The notes below the pieces were generated by a model. It saw only the letters and a list, made by a program, of their open reading frames with translations, was not told where the DNA came from and ran no database searches. 64,000 nt of DNA from an uncultured Clostridia bacterium (lineage in GTDB: Bacteria > Bacillota > Clostridia > Christensenellales > Pumilibacteraceae). This document shows, piece by piece, positions 41,741 to 51,921 of the stretch; the stretch's first letter is position 1; every line of letters begins with the position of its first letter. Where the stretch lies: contig CAKQVV010000001.1 in the NCBI GenBank assembly GCA_934277845.1, forward strand, positions 2,531 through 66,530. Direction: 5' to 3'. The translations under genes were made by a program, and so were the position numbers.

Positions 41741-44362
41741 TTATCTGGTTTCGATACCGTTTGCGGTGAGGTAGTACATATCGACTACATTCCAGCCGCT
41801 TGCGTCGGTGGGCTCCCAGTAATCGTACGATCCCGCCTTGATGCTGATCACGTCGCCGCGCGTTCTCCACGCGCCGCCGATGCGCACGACGTAGTTTCCC
41901 TTGCCAAGACCGGTGGCAGGATCGAAACGAGTCGCGTCGGGATTGCAGATCATGTCGTTGGGGATAAACCCTTCGACGATCGTAACGTAGTTGCCCACGC
42001 TCCCCGTAGTTTTCATCACGTAGTCCACCGCGTCGCCCTGACGGACGCAACCGATGGGCGTAAAGAAGAACTGACGCGTGCCGCTGTGTTCGGTGTTGGA
42101 GCTGGTCGAAGTGGCGGTTTCGATGACGAAGTTGCTGAGCATGCCGCAATCGTAGTCGTTGGTCGAGTACTTGTTGTGCGCGACTCTCACGAAGAAGTAC
42201 AGTCCGTCGTTGCCCTTATGATACCGCGCGACAAAGCCCTTGGACGGATCGTCGTTGCCTCTCGCAACCGATTCGCGACCGCTCCAGCCCGCCCAGTCGC
42301 CGTCGTCGCCGTCTATGACGCGTTCGGTCGCTTTGCCGGAAAGCGTTATGCCGCTGCCGCCGACATAACTGCGGTGTCCTTTTTCCCACGCGGGAGTGTC
42401 GACCTGATACCAGATATACGGCTGATCGTTGAGTCTTCCGAGCGAATTGATTACGTCGTTTTCCGCCGGATCCCAGGTTCCGTCCGCGAGTTTCTTGCCC
42501 GTACCGGTACGCCAGGAGAACGCGACTCTCACTTTACCGTCGACGATCGCGCCGAGCGCATTGAGTTGCGCGGCGGAAACGTAACCTTCGGTGACGGTGG
42601 TGTAGCGCGTGTACGAGCCCGTCACGCCGCTGTCCTCTGTCTTCATTACCGCGGTGCAAAGATGTGCTTTGTCCGGCGTGACGTGCAGCGTCGTACTTCC
42701 ATCGCCGTTATTCACGGTCATGCCTATTTCGAGGCTGGTGTTGTGCGACCATTCGCTGTTGCCACTGAGGTAAACCGCGTGTTTCGCCTTCGTGACGAAG
42801 TACAGTCCGTCGTCTTTGAGAATGGCTTTTACGGTAAATTCTTTGCCGCTGTTGTCGTAAGCATAGGAGCCGAGTACTCTACCGGAGTATTCCGCCCAGT
42901 CGCTGTCGTCGCCGTCGATCGTGTAGTGTTTGGTTTCTATCATCGCCTCTCCCTTCGTCACCGCCGCGTCGCCTTTGAGAATCGTGTAATCAAAGTATTT
43001 CGCGCCGACGTTGAAGGACAGGATCGCGCCGCCCGTTTTTGTGTTGTCGCCGATATAATCATAGGTTCTCTCGCCGATATAGACGTCGTTCATAAAGTAA
43101 TGGAATTTGCTCCCGTTCCTGTAAACCGCGATTTTTGCGTTGTCGACGGTAATACCTATGTCGTTGTTTGCGTTAAGAATTTTCGGAGAACTCCATGCCC
43201 AGCCGGAAACGGTATCGATGTTCGTTTCGGTCGCAATAAAGTTCTTGATCGAGGAAGCGTCCGCGGACACGTCGTACATCGCCATCACCGAACGGAAATG
43301 AGATTCGCCGTTCTGCGTCGTCGGCTCGCCCATAAACATCCAGCCCACTTTCGGGTACTTGTCGCCGTTGTAGATCTCGTTGACTTTGATCGTGGTTTCG
43401 ACGTAGAATTTCGTTTCGTTGAAGTTTTTGATATACAACTTCGCGTCCGGTCCCGCCGTCGAATCGACATAGGGATTTTCGCCGTTGTCGTGGCTGAGAT
43501 CGAATCCCTCGGAATAGTAAGTCCTGCTGTCGAGATGACCGAAGTTTTCGCCCTCGGACGCGACGACTCTGCCGCTTTCGTCAAACTTGAACCAGGTGCC
43601 GGGCGCGCCGAAGTCCACGCCGAACGGCTTGCCGATGAGTTCCCACGCAAACGGGGACTTTTCCCTCGCGAACTGGTTGCGCTCGATGGTGAACATGCTC
43701 ATTATCGCGTCGGGCTTACTCTCGTAACCCAAGGACTTCCACGGGATAAAGACTTCTATGGCGTAACCCTGCGTGTTCGCGGTGTTTACTTCGCCCTTGA
43801 CGTTTACTCCGGTGCCGATGCCTAAAACGGGGTAAACCATATACTCGCCCAGCATGCGCTTGCGAAGCTGGTACGTTCCGTCGGTCGCAAACCCGAACTC
43901 GAACGCGCCTTCGTCGATCGAGCGATAGGAGCAGTCCGCAATGTACACCGACATGCCGGTTTTCTGGAAAGGATCGCGCTTGTCGGTGGTGTTATTGCCG
44001 TTCCAGTTGATCGGATCGTCGGTAATCATGGCATAGTAAACGCCCTTGTCTGTCATTGTGCCGGTGGCTTTTATCGTACAGTCGTCGAGGTCGACCATTG
44101 TATAACGGTCGTCGCGCTGATTGCGGGTGGAAACCATCTCCACCCAGGTCAGATTCTGCCAGATGTCCTCGTCGAACTTGCCGTCGAACACGATGCCCTC
44201 GTCCGCGTCGACATCGGCGTTGCGATCGGCAGGCGGGGCTTCGGGTTTGCGGACATAACCGTCAAACAGTCCGTTGTTTTGCGCGTCGCCGCATGCCGCC
44301 AAAGCGAACGCGGAAAGTAGCAAAGTGAGTATCAGTACGAGAGAAATAATTTTCTTTTTCAT
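41741..44362 (-). CDS. Surface lipoprotein with repeated CBM9-like/DOMON-like carbohydrate-binding modules
   Basis: 873 aa. Signal peptide MKKKIISLVLILTLLLSAFALAAC. The recurring openers DGKFDEDIWQN, IDGDDSDWAEYSG and IDGDDGDWAGWSG are typical of CBM9-type modules. AAGGAGGG RBS. Confidence 0.5.
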   Translation of the reverse strand: MKKKIISLVLILTLLLSAFALAACGDAQNNGLFDGYVRKPEAPPADRNADVDADEGIVFDGKFDEDIWQNLTWVEMVSTRNQRDDRYTMVDLDDCTIKATGTMTDKGVYYAMITDDPINWNGNNTTDKRDPFQKTGMSVYIADCSYRSIDEGAFEFGFATDGTYQLRKRMLGEYMVYPVLGIGTGVNVKGEVNTANTQGYAIEVFIPWKSLGYESKPDAIMSMFTIERNQFAREKSPFAWELIGKPFGVDFGAPGTWFKFDESGRVVASEGENFGHLDSRTYYSEGFDLSHDNGENPYVDSTAGPDAKLYIKNFNETKFYVETTIKVNEIYNGDKYPKVGWMFMGEPTTQNGESHFRSVMAMYDVSADASSIKNFIATETNIDTVSGWAWSSPKILNANNDIGITVDNAKIAVYRNGSKFHYFMNDVYIGERTYDYIGDNTKTGGAILSFNVGAKYFDYTILKGDAAVTKGEAMIETKHYTIDGDDSDWAEYSGRVLGSYAYDNSGKEFTVKAILKDDGLYFVTKAKHAVYLSGNSEWSHNTSLEIGMTVNNGDGSTTLHVTPDKAHLCTAVMKTEDSGVTGSYTRYTTVTEGYVSAAQLNALGAIVDGKVRVAFSWRTGTGKKLADGTWDPAENDVINSLGRLNDQPYIWYQVDTPAWEKGHRSYVGGSGITLSGKATERVIDGDDGDWAGWSGRESVARGNDDPSKGFVARYHKGNDGLYFFVRVAHNKYSTNDYDCGMLSNFVIETATSTSSNTEHSGTRQFFFTPIGCVRQGDAVDYVMKTTGSVGNYVTIVEGFIPNDMICNPDATRFDPATGLGKGNYVVRIGGAWRTRGDVISIKAGSYDYWEPTDASGWNVVDMYYLTANGIETR

Positions 44363-44374
44363 GATTTTCCCTCC

Positions 44375-46426
44375 TTATTTACCGAGAACGAAAATCTCGG
44401 AAATGCACACGGGTTTATCCGACTGGATCGTGATGCGGATAGTTTTGACGCGGATTTCGTCGAACTCCACCGCTACCGAGCCGCCCGGACGCGCGACGTT
44501 TTCGTTCTCGTCGGGATCCCAGTGCGTGGTGAACTTGTCTTTGTCGAATTTAAGATCGGCGATGTAAGCCGTGCCCGTCACTTCCTTGCCGTTTTTGTCG
44601 GTCTTGACGAAGTCGAACTCGATTCTCGACACATTGTCAAACATGGTTTCGAGGTCGTTGGAATTGAAGATCATGACCGAGCGGATTGCGCGGTAATCGT
44701 CGAACGTCAAGGTAATGTTCGTGTTCTTTTTGGTGGTGAACTGACCGATATAATCGTTGAAAGTGTTGTAGGCGATAAGTCCGTCGTTGAGATATCCGGC
44801 GTCGGTATCGTCGTCGCCGCCCGTCGCCGTCACGGTCGCCTGCCCGGCGATGTTCCTGTACCCGGCGGCAGGACCGATCTTGGGCATGAGCGCATAGGAC
44901 GGACCGTTTGCGTGCAGGAGTTTCTGTCCGTCGGGACGAGTGTAGAAAAGTACTTCGTCGACGCAGCTGCCGCGCTGTCCCTCTCCGCCGTACTGACGGT
45001 TGTAGTGCGCGTGATAAGCGATGTAGAGTTTTCCGTCATAGCGGACGAACGAGTGATGACCGGTGCCGGACACATGATCCCATTCCGGTTGCGACGAGAG
45101 AATAAGTCCGCCGTCCGCGCGGTTGATCTTGGTGAAAGGACCTAACGGGCTTTTGCCGATCGCCTGAGCCACGGCGTACATTTTGTTCGGATAACCGTTG
45201 ATCGAGAACGTGAGGTAATAGGTCTTGGTTTCCGCGTCGTAATACATGTACGGACCTTCGTTGATGTTCTCGTCGGGATAGTCGGTACGCTTATTCCCGT
45301 CCACGGTCTGATAGCCCGTGCGCGCAAGGTAGGTCAGCGTTTCCCACTTCGGATCGTCCGTCCAGTTCTCGCCCGCTTCCATGCCGTAAACGTTATTGCC
45401 CATGTAGGTGTTTGCAAAATAGATATACTTTTTGCCGGTAGCCGGATCGACATAGGGATGCACGTCGATGGGCACGAATATTTCGTGATAACCGGTTTTG
45501 CCTGTTGTTCCGACAAAAAGGTCTTCGTGGCTGATGAACGGATCGGAAACGGAAAGCGTGCGGTTGTTTTCGTCATAGCCGTCGCTGCCCTCGACGTTTA
45601 CGTACTGCGTAAAAGGCCCTCTCGGACTGTCCGAAACCGCGACTCCTATCGAATACGGATTGTTCGCGCGCGAGAAATGGATCTTGACCGCGCGGATCGC
45701 GATCAGCGACTCGCGGGCGTAACCGAGGATCGTTTTCTGTTTATCCGCGTCGGACATGTTGCCGCTCTCGACCTGATTTTTACGCGATTCATAGTTGGCA
45801 AGTTCGTTCTTTATCGTTGTTTTCTGCCGATCGGTATAGCCGTCGAACGCGGCGTCGGTCGAAAACCTGATTTTCTCGGCGTCCATAGCCGCCGTCGCCG
45901 CGGCGTAATCATAGCCATTCGCTACTCTTTCGATCTCGTGGTATTCTTTTTCTTCGGCGTGATTGTCGAAATACTTGCCGTCGGTGCGGCTGTCGTCCTT
46001 TGCCGAATAGAACAGGTAATACTTGCCGTTTTTCTCGTCGCGTATGACTTCCGGCGCCCACAGGTTGAAGTGCGACCAGCTCGCGGCGGCGGGTTCAAAC
46101 ACGGGACCTACGTATTCCCACGTTTCCATATCTTTACTGCGATAAGCCGAATATCCGTGACAGCCGAAATCGCTGTCCGAAGTGGGATACATGAAAAACC
46201 AGCCGTAATCCGGATCGGACTCGTCGTCGATATAGATAACGGTAGGATCGGCGCAAGCCGCCTCCATATCGTTTCTGTAATAGAGATCGTCATTGTACAC
46301 GTCGTCGGCGGACTGATCATAGTACGGCAGTGCGTACTGACCGCTCGTTTTCGAGCACGCGGCGGTGCCGAAAACAAAGCCGAGCGACAGCGTAAACGCG
46401 ATTGCAGCCTTCAAAAATTTTCTCAT
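44375..46426 (-). CDS. Glycoside hydrolase family 43 lipoprotein with a C-terminal discoidin/CBM-like domain
   Basis: 683 aa with lipobox TAAC. It has CADPTVIYIDD, FNLWAPEVIRDEKNGKYYLFYSA and NEGPYMYY, the three catalytic-region motifs of the five-bladed propeller. GGAGGA RBS. Confidence 0.8.
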   Translation of the reverse strand: MRKFLKAAIAFTLSLGFVFGTAACSKTSGQYALPYYDQSADDVYNDDLYYRNDMEAACADPTVIYIDDESDPDYGWFFMYPTSDSDFGCHGYSAYRSKDMETWEYVGPVFEPAAASWSHFNLWAPEVIRDEKNGKYYLFYSAKDDSRTDGKYFDNHAEEKEYHEIERVANGYDYAAATAAMDAEKIRFSTDAAFDGYTDRQKTTIKNELANYESRKNQVESGNMSDADKQKTILGYARESLIAIRAVKIHFSRANNPYSIGVAVSDSPRGPFTQYVNVEGSDGYDENNRTLSVSDPFISHEDLFVGTTGKTGYHEIFVPIDVHPYVDPATGKKYIYFANTYMGNNVYGMEAGENWTDDPKWETLTYLARTGYQTVDGNKRTDYPDENINEGPYMYYDAETKTYYLTFSINGYPNKMYAVAQAIGKSPLGPFTKINRADGGLILSSQPEWDHVSGTGHHSFVRYDGKLYIAYHAHYNRQYGGEGQRGSCVDEVLFYTRPDGQKLLHANGPSYALMPKIGPAAGYRNIAGQATVTATGGDDDTDAGYLNDGLIAYNTFNDYIGQFTTKKNTNITLTFDDYRAIRSVMIFNSNDLETMFDNVSRIEFDFVKTDKNGKEVTGTAYIADLKFDKDKFTTHWDPDENENVARPGGSVAVEFDEIRVKTIRITIQSDKPVCISEIFVLGK

Positions 46427-46599
46427 ACTTTTTCCTCCGAAAAACTAACCTATTGATTTCAGATTCGTATTCTATCATTAGTATATTACCATTATTTTTC
46501 ACTTTTATCAATGTGTTTTTCCATACAAATATTGACTTATTCTATCGTTTCGTCGCTACTCTACTACCGAATAAACTTCAAAAAGTTTTATCAAATCGC

Positions 46600-46628
46600 T
46601 TGACAACGCGATTGTACGCGTATATACT
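46600..46628 (+). promoter_or_regulatory. Sigma-A-type promoter of the ABC-2/GntR operon
   Basis: TTGACA (46600-46605), 17 nt, TATACT (46623-46628). Confidence 0.6.
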
Positions 46629-46648
46629 GTGTATATACAATATGTACA
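46613..46648 (+). promoter_or_regulatory. Candidate GntR(YtrA-like) operator overlapping the -10
   Basis: TGTAC-gc-GTATATAC-tgt-GTATATAC-aata-TGTACA. Two copies of the self-complementary octamer GTATATAC (46620-46627 and 46631-46638) are bracketed by TGTAC/GTACA. Confidence 0.45.
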
Positions 46649-46678
46649 GTTGCCGCAAGAGGCGGCGAAGGAGCGTCA

Positions 46679-47542
46679 ATGGGAATATTCGAAGCGAAGG
46701 GACTGACGAAACGATACGGGAGCGTCGGGATAGAAGACGTTTCATTTTCGCTCGAGCCGGGGCTGATAACGGGATTTATCGGCGCGAACGGCGCAGGCAA
46801 GACCACGACGATGAAATGCGCGCTCGGCGTCGTGCGCCCCGACGCGGGCGAAGTGACGGCGTTCGGGCTCTCGATGCGCGACCGGGAAGAAGAGATAAAA
46901 AGCCGCGTGGCGTTCGCCTCGGGCGGATTCGACTACTACCCCTACTTCAAGGCGGGAAAAGTCGCGAAGATGTTGAGCGGGTTTTATCCTACATGGCGCG
47001 ACGACGTTTACGGCAATCTTATAAAAAAGTTCGGGCTTGACGAGAACAAGCGGATCCGCGACTTTTCGGCAGGCATGAAAGTGAAGTTTGCGCTGGCTCT
47101 GGCGCTTTCTCACGACGCGGACGTGCTGTTTCTGGACGAACCGACGAGCGGCTTGGATCCGCTTGCCCGCGACGAACTTCTCGACCTTTTCCGTTCGATC
47201 GCGTACGATCGCGGCAAAAGCATACTTTTCTCCACTCACGTCACTTCCGATCTCGACAAGTGCGCCGATAAGATACTTATTATCCGCGACGGCAGAATAA
47301 TTTCGGACGAAACGCGCGACGATCTTATCGACGGACACGTCGTTATCCGCGGCGGCGCGGACGAACTCACGGACGAAATAAAAGCGAAAGCCGTGGGATA
47401 CAAGACCAACTCTTACTCGTTCTCCGCGCTGGTAAAACGCGGAGACCTGCCCACGGACGGGTTCGTCACCGAAAAACCCGATCTAGAGGACGTAATGATT
47501 TACTACTACCGCCGCAACGGCGAAGGAGATGCCGCGCTATGA
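46679..47542 (+). CDS. ABC transporter ATP-binding protein (ABC-2 type)
   Basis: 287 aa. Walker A GANGAGKTT, signature FSAGMKVKFALALA, Walker B VLFLDEPTSGLD. GAAGGAG RBS. Confidence 0.9.
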   Translation: MGIFEAKGLTKRYGSVGIEDVSFSLEPGLITGFIGANGAGKTTTMKCALGVVRPDAGEVTAFGLSMRDREEEIKSRVAFASGGFDYYPYFKAGKVAKMLSGFYPTWRDDVYGNLIKKFGLDENKRIRDFSAGMKVKFALALALSHDADVLFLDEPTSGLDPLARDELLDLFRSIAYDRGKSILFSTHVTSDLDKCADKILIIRDGRIISDETRDDLIDGHVVIRGGADELTDEIKAKAVGYKTNSYSFSALVKRGDLPTDGFVTEKPDLEDVMIYYYRRNGEGDAAL

Positions 47543-48222
47543 CCGAAAAAACCAAAAACAAGCGTTCCGCGCTTTACTCGCTCGTAAAGAAAGAACTGTT
47601 TTTCTCCACGCACCCCACGCTGTGGCTGTTCGCGCTGCTGGGCGTGCTGACGATTATCCCGAACTATCCCATGATAATCGCGCCGGGTTACGTTTTTCTC
47701 GCGGTTTTCAACGCGTTCAATATCGGCAGGGCGAACAAAAATCTTGACTTTACCGTGACTCTGCCCGTGCGCCGCCGCGACGTCGTGACAGCCTCGGCGG
47801 CAGTGATCATAGCGTTTGAAACGCTCACCCTCGCCGTGTGCGGAATCTGCGCCGCGATTGCCGATTTCGTGATTTCGCCCGCCGGCAACAACGTGGGACT
47901 GGATCCCAACCTCGCGTTCTTCGGCGTGGTTCTTATCGGCTACGGCGTTTTCAATCTCATATTCCTCGCGGGCTTTTACCGCACGGGTTACAAATCGGGA
48001 TTCCCCACCCTGTTCGGACTTGTCGGCTATCTCATACTGTACGCCGCGTGCGAAACTCTCGTCAGGCTTATTCCCGCGCTCACCGATTCGCTCGACGGAC
48101 TTAACCCCGCATATCTCCCCGTCCGCGCGATAACGTTCGCGATCGGCGCGGTGCTGTTCGCCGCTTTTACCTGTGCCGGCGTGAAGGCGGGACAAAAGAA
48201 GTTTGACAAAATCAGTCTTTGA
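47539..48222 (+). CDS. ABC-2 family membrane permease
   Basis: 227 aa with six hydrophobic segments. 4-nt start/stop overlap (ATGA) with the ATPase gene. Confidence 0.7.
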   Translation: MTEKTKNKRSALYSLVKKELFFSTHPTLWLFALLGVLTIIPNYPMIIAPGYVFLAVFNAFNIGRANKNLDFTVTLPVRRRDVVTASAAVIIAFETLTLAVCGICAAIADFVISPAGNNVGLDPNLAFFGVVLIGYGVFNLIFLAGFYRTGYKSGFPTLFGLVGYLILYAACETLVRLIPALTDSLDGLNPAYLPVRAITFAIGAVLFAAFTCAGVKAGQKKFDKISL

Positions 48223-48267
48223 TAATATAATTAAGGAATACGACGAAAACGAAAGGACGGACGGCGT

Positions 48268-48639
48268 TTGAAACTCGTTATCTCTCCCAAAAGTGAAAAG
48301 CCGATTTACGAGCAGGTTTACGACCGGATCGCCGCAGGCGTGTTGTCGGGCGAACTCGCGCCGGACGCGATGCTGCCGTCGATACGCGGAATCGCGACCG
48401 AACTCGGCATCAGCGTGATCACCGTCAAGAACGCCTACGACGCGCTGGAAAAAGACGGTTACATCTACACCCGCGCGGGCAAGGGATGTTTCATTTGTCC
48501 CGAAACTCCCGCTTCGCTCGGCGAAAAACGCGTGCGGGAATGTGAAAAATCGCTCGCCGCCGCCGTCGGATATTGCCGTTCGCTGGGACTGACAGACGAG
48601 GAAATCGCGGTCCTCACGCGGAAAATTCTCGGCGATTAA
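48268..48639 (+). CDS. GntR-family transcriptional regulator, short YtrA-like subfamily
   Basis: 123 aa with a TTG start. PIYEQVYDRIAAGVLSGELAPDAMLPSIRGIATELGISVITVKNAYDALEKDGYIYTRAGKGCFI is a canonical GntR winged HTH. Confidence 0.85.
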   Translation: MKLVISPKSEKPIYEQVYDRIAAGVLSGELAPDAMLPSIRGIATELGISVITVKNAYDALEKDGYIYTRAGKGCFICPETPASLGEKRVRECEKSLAAAVGYCRSLGLTDEEIAVLTRKILGD

Positions 48640-48705
48640 ATCATGGCGCGGGGCGCGTTCATCGTCGCTTTTAACCCGAAATCATTATACTATCGAGGTA
48701 ATTTT

Positions 48706-49953
48706 ATGACCGTAACCGAATTTTTAGACAGTTCGTACACCGCTTTTCACGCGTGCGAAAACGCCGCGAAAATGCTGGACGAGGCGGGTTTTACGCGCGT
48801 TTCGCTCTCCGATAAACTCGCGCCGAAACCCGGCGACAAATACTATTTCGTAAAAAACGACAGCGCGCTGGTCGCGTTCAGAATAGGCAAACCCGGCGAC
48901 TGCGGCTTCAACGTGATCGCTTGTCACACCGACTCTCCCGCGCTTCACGTCAAGGGCAATGCGCTCCTTGACAGCAAAGAAGGCAAGCGCGTCAACGTCG
49001 AGGAATACGGCGGACTCGTCATGTACAGCATGATGGATATTCCGCTGAAAATCGCGGGGCGCGCCGTATATGAAACTGCGGACGGGCTTGTAGCGAAAAC
49101 CGTGGTAAGCGACGGCGTTTTCAATATCCCCGGGCAGGCAATCCACCAGAACCGCGAAGTCAACGACAAGTGCGGACTCAACGCTCAGATCGATATGTTG
49201 CCGCTCGCGGGCGACGCGACCGACGTTTATTCGCTCGTCGGCGGCGGAGAAATAGTCGACGCCGATCTTTACGCCGTGCCTGCGGTGAAGGCTTTTCGCT
49301 CGGGCGCGAAGTCGGAATTTCTCGTATCTCCGCGCATAGATAACTTAACGAACGTTTACTCGTCCGTCCGCGCGATAATCGACTGCGAGCCTGCCGGTAT
49401 TGCCGTGTGCGCATGTTTCGATAACGAGGAAATCGGCAGCATGACAAAGCAGGGCGCGCGCTCGTCGTTGCTTTTCTCCGCGCTCAGAAAAATAAACGCC
49501 GCATGCGGCAAGACGGACGACGATTTTTACGCCGCGATCGAAAACGGTATGCTGCTTTCCGCGGACAACGGGCATGCCGTCCACCCCGCTCACCCCGAAA
49601 AAAGCGATCCCGCGATCGCTCCCGTAGTAAACGGCGGCGTTGTAATCAAGCACCACGTCAATTATGCGACCGACGGGCTGAGTTCCGCCGCGATCAAAGT
49701 TTTGCTGAAGCGTTGCGGCGTGACTTATCAGGAATACTACAACCGCTCGGACGCGCGTTGCGGCAGCACCTTGGGACCTATGGCGAGCGCGATAACCGGT
49801 CTTAACGCCTGCGACGTGGGACTTGCCCAGCTCGCGATGCATTCCGCGCTCGAAACCGTAGGTTACGACGATATCGCCCTCATGCAAAAGTTTATGACCG
49901 CGTTCTGTTCCGCACGTTTTACAAAGACTCCCGACGGACTGAAAATAGAGTAA
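48706..49953 (+). CDS. M18-family aminopeptidase (aspartyl aminopeptidase-like)
   Basis: 415 aa from ATG 48706 (MTVTEFLDSSYTAFHA..). It has ACHTDSPALHVK, CFDNEEIGS and SADNGHAVHP metal-ligand regions. Confidence 0.85.
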   Translation: MTVTEFLDSSYTAFHACENAAKMLDEAGFTRVSLSDKLAPKPGDKYYFVKNDSALVAFRIGKPGDCGFNVIACHTDSPALHVKGNALLDSKEGKRVNVEEYGGLVMYSMMDIPLKIAGRAVYETADGLVAKTVVSDGVFNIPGQAIHQNREVNDKCGLNAQIDMLPLAGDATDVYSLVGGGEIVDADLYAVPAVKAFRSGAKSEFLVSPRIDNLTNVYSSVRAIIDCEPAGIAVCACFDNEEIGSMTKQGARSSLLFSALRKINAACGKTDDDFYAAIENGMLLSADNGHAVHPAHPEKSDPAIAPVVNGGVVIKHHVNYATDGLSSAAIKVLLKRCGVTYQEYYNRSDARCGSTLGPMASAITGLNACDVGLAQLAMHSALETVGYDDIALMQKFMTAFCSARFTKTPDGLKIE

Positions 49954-50035
49954 AATTTATAAGGCAGATCGATTCGTTCCGGCATAGGATTCCGCGTCGC
50001 AACGGCGTTGTCCTTATAATTATCCCTTAACCAAA

Positions 50036-50077
50036 CGAAAAACCGTCTCGTGTTCATACAAGACGGTTTGCTTTTAT
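50036..50077. terminator. Bidirectional terminator (aminopeptidase / XRE genes)
   Basis: AAACCGTCT-12 nt-AGACGGTTT, with an A-run before and a T-rich tail after. Confidence 0.6.
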
Positions 50078-50092
50078 TCCGTATTCTCTGCC

Positions 50093-50542
50093 CTAATACG
50101 GCAAGTTCGTTCTGCCGACGAGATAATCGACCGAGCAGCCGAACATGTCGGCGAGTTTTATCAATATTTCGATCTTCGGCAAACGCTTGAAATCGTTCCA
50201 TTTCGACACGGCGGAAGTTCCCAAGCCGCATTCTTTTGCGATGCGATAGGACGAAACTCCTGCGGGCGATTGAAGAGACGCGATGCGGCGGGCGAACTTT
50301 TCGGGCGAGCCGCTGCGGATTATGCTCTTGTTTTCGCTGCGTCCCAGCATATAATCGAGCGAAACGTTCATATAATCGGCAAGTTTCGTCAGCGCGCGAG
50401 CCGACGGCATCTGCCGCTGATACAACCAGTTGTTGACGGCGGTTTTGTTGCAACCGGAAGCCTCGGCGAGTTTATACGATTTCATATCGCGCTCGTCGAG
50501 ATATTTTTTTATGGCAACGCTTATGTAATACGACGTTTCCAA
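50093..50542 (-). CDS. XRE-family transcriptional regulator with two HTH domains
   Basis: 149 aa with a TTG start (GGGAGAGG upstream). The two halves each resemble HTH_XRE (..SYKLAEASGCNKTAVNNWLYQRQMPSARALTKLADYMNVSLDYMLGR.. and ..SYRIAKECGLGTSAVSKWNDFKRLPKIEILIKLADMFGCSVDYLVGR..). Confidence 0.8.
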   Translation of the reverse strand: METSYYISVAIKKYLDERDMKSYKLAEASGCNKTAVNNWLYQRQMPSARALTKLADYMNVSLDYMLGRSENKSIIRSGSPEKFARRIASLQSPAGVSSYRIAKECGLGTSAVSKWNDFKRLPKIEILIKLADMFGCSVDYLVGRTNLPY

Positions 50543-50714
50543 ATGCCTCTCCCGTCGGTAAATATTATTAACAAGTCGATTATACTACAATCCGCGCGTT
50601 TAATCAAGAAAAACAAGGGGGCTTACGAAAATTATTTTCTCGCCGTCCCAAATGAGAAAAAACGCCGTAAAGCAAGATAAGCCCTGCCGGACGGCATTTT
50701 ATCAGACCTGTAAT

Positions 50715-51578
50715 TTACAGCTCGACGGTACAGGCGAGCGCGAGCGAACCTTCGCCTATATGGCACGCGACCGACAGCGGAAGCGGCGCGATTCCTATCT
50801 CAAACCCCGGGAACGCTTCTTCCGCTTCTTTCTTCCATTCTTCGGCTTCGGCAAGATTTCCCGAATACGCCACGTCCAGGCGCATACGCCCGTCTGCGAC
50901 TTCATCACGAAACCGCGTCTCAAAATCCTTTTTAATCGCCTTTATCATCACCGCGCGCGCCGCTTTTTTACCGCGCACCTTTGAATAAGCGTCGAGTTTG
51001 TCGCCCTGAATCTGTAAAACGGGCTTTATGTTGAGAAGCGAGCCGACCGCCGCGGCGAGCGGAGTTATTCTGCCGCCTTTTTTGAGATAATAAAGAGTTT
51101 CCAGCGTGATATAAATCGACGAAACCGCCGCGGTTTTTTCGAGTTTTTCCTTGATTTCTGCCGCAGACGCGCCGCCGTCACGCAGTTTCGCGGCATCATA
51201 AACCGAACGTCGCAACGACACGGAAATACGGCGATTATCCACAACTTCGACTTTTCCGCCGTAACCGCGCGCGAGCATTTTCGCGCTGTCGCACGAGCCG
51301 CTCAATCCGCTCGACATGGGGATATGCACCACTTCGTCGTGGGTTTTCAGCAGTTCGTCCCACAGATCCGTAACGGCTGCCGGCGACGGTTGCGAAGTCC
51401 GTACTTCCTCGGCGTTCGGCAGCAACTCGAAGAATTTCTCCTGACTGAGGTCGACTCCCTCGAAATATAGTTTTTTATCGATATACACGGGCATGGGGAG
51501 CACCGTGACGCAGAGGTCGCGCGCTTCTTCCGCGGTCAAGCCGCCGTTACTGTCCGTTACAATCGCTACTTTTTTCAT
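50715..51578 (-). CDS. DegV-family fatty-acid-binding protein
   Basis: 287 aa from ATG 51576-51578 (MKKVAIVTDSNGGL.., GGAG upstream). It has ..TSQPSP.. and ..HIPMSSGLSGS.. motifs. Confidence 0.85.
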   Translation of the reverse strand: MKKVAIVTDSNGGLTAEEARDLCVTVLPMPVYIDKKLYFEGVDLSQEKFFELLPNAEEVRTSQPSPAAVTDLWDELLKTHDEVVHIPMSSGLSGSCDSAKMLARGYGGKVEVVDNRRISVSLRRSVYDAAKLRDGGASAAEIKEKLEKTAAVSSIYITLETLYYLKKGGRITPLAAAVGSLLNIKPVLQIQGDKLDAYSKVRGKKAARAVMIKAIKKDFETRFRDEVADGRMRLDVAYSGNLAEAEEWKKEAEEAFPGFEIGIAPLPLSVACHIGEGSLALACTVEL

Positions 51579-51808
51579 ACGCTCTCCGTTTTTTGTAAGT
51601 AACGAATAATATTTTATCACCGGTCGGATGAAAAATCAACGATTATAAATACAAAAAATCAACAAAATCAATAAATCTGTCGATATAATATAAACAATTC
51701 ACGTTCGGTTGGGTTTTTTAATTATAATCCGCCACGAAAATACCGAAGCGATTGTTGCGATTTTGGCAAAATAAGACGTTCTTCGCGGTTTTTCGCTCAG
51801 CCGCTTCG

Positions 51809-51838
51809 TTGCTTTCCCGGTATAAAGGGTGGTATAAT
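51809..51838 (+). promoter_or_regulatory. Extended -10 promoter in a gene-poor gap
   Basis: TTGCTT (51809-51814), 18 nt, TGG-TATAAT (51830-51838). Confidence 0.45.
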
Positions 51839-51921
51839 TTTCGTGATTGCGGTTTTATCCGCACAATCCGACGGTATGAACTCCGCGGAAATAAAAACTT
51901 AATAAAGGAAGAAACGTAACC

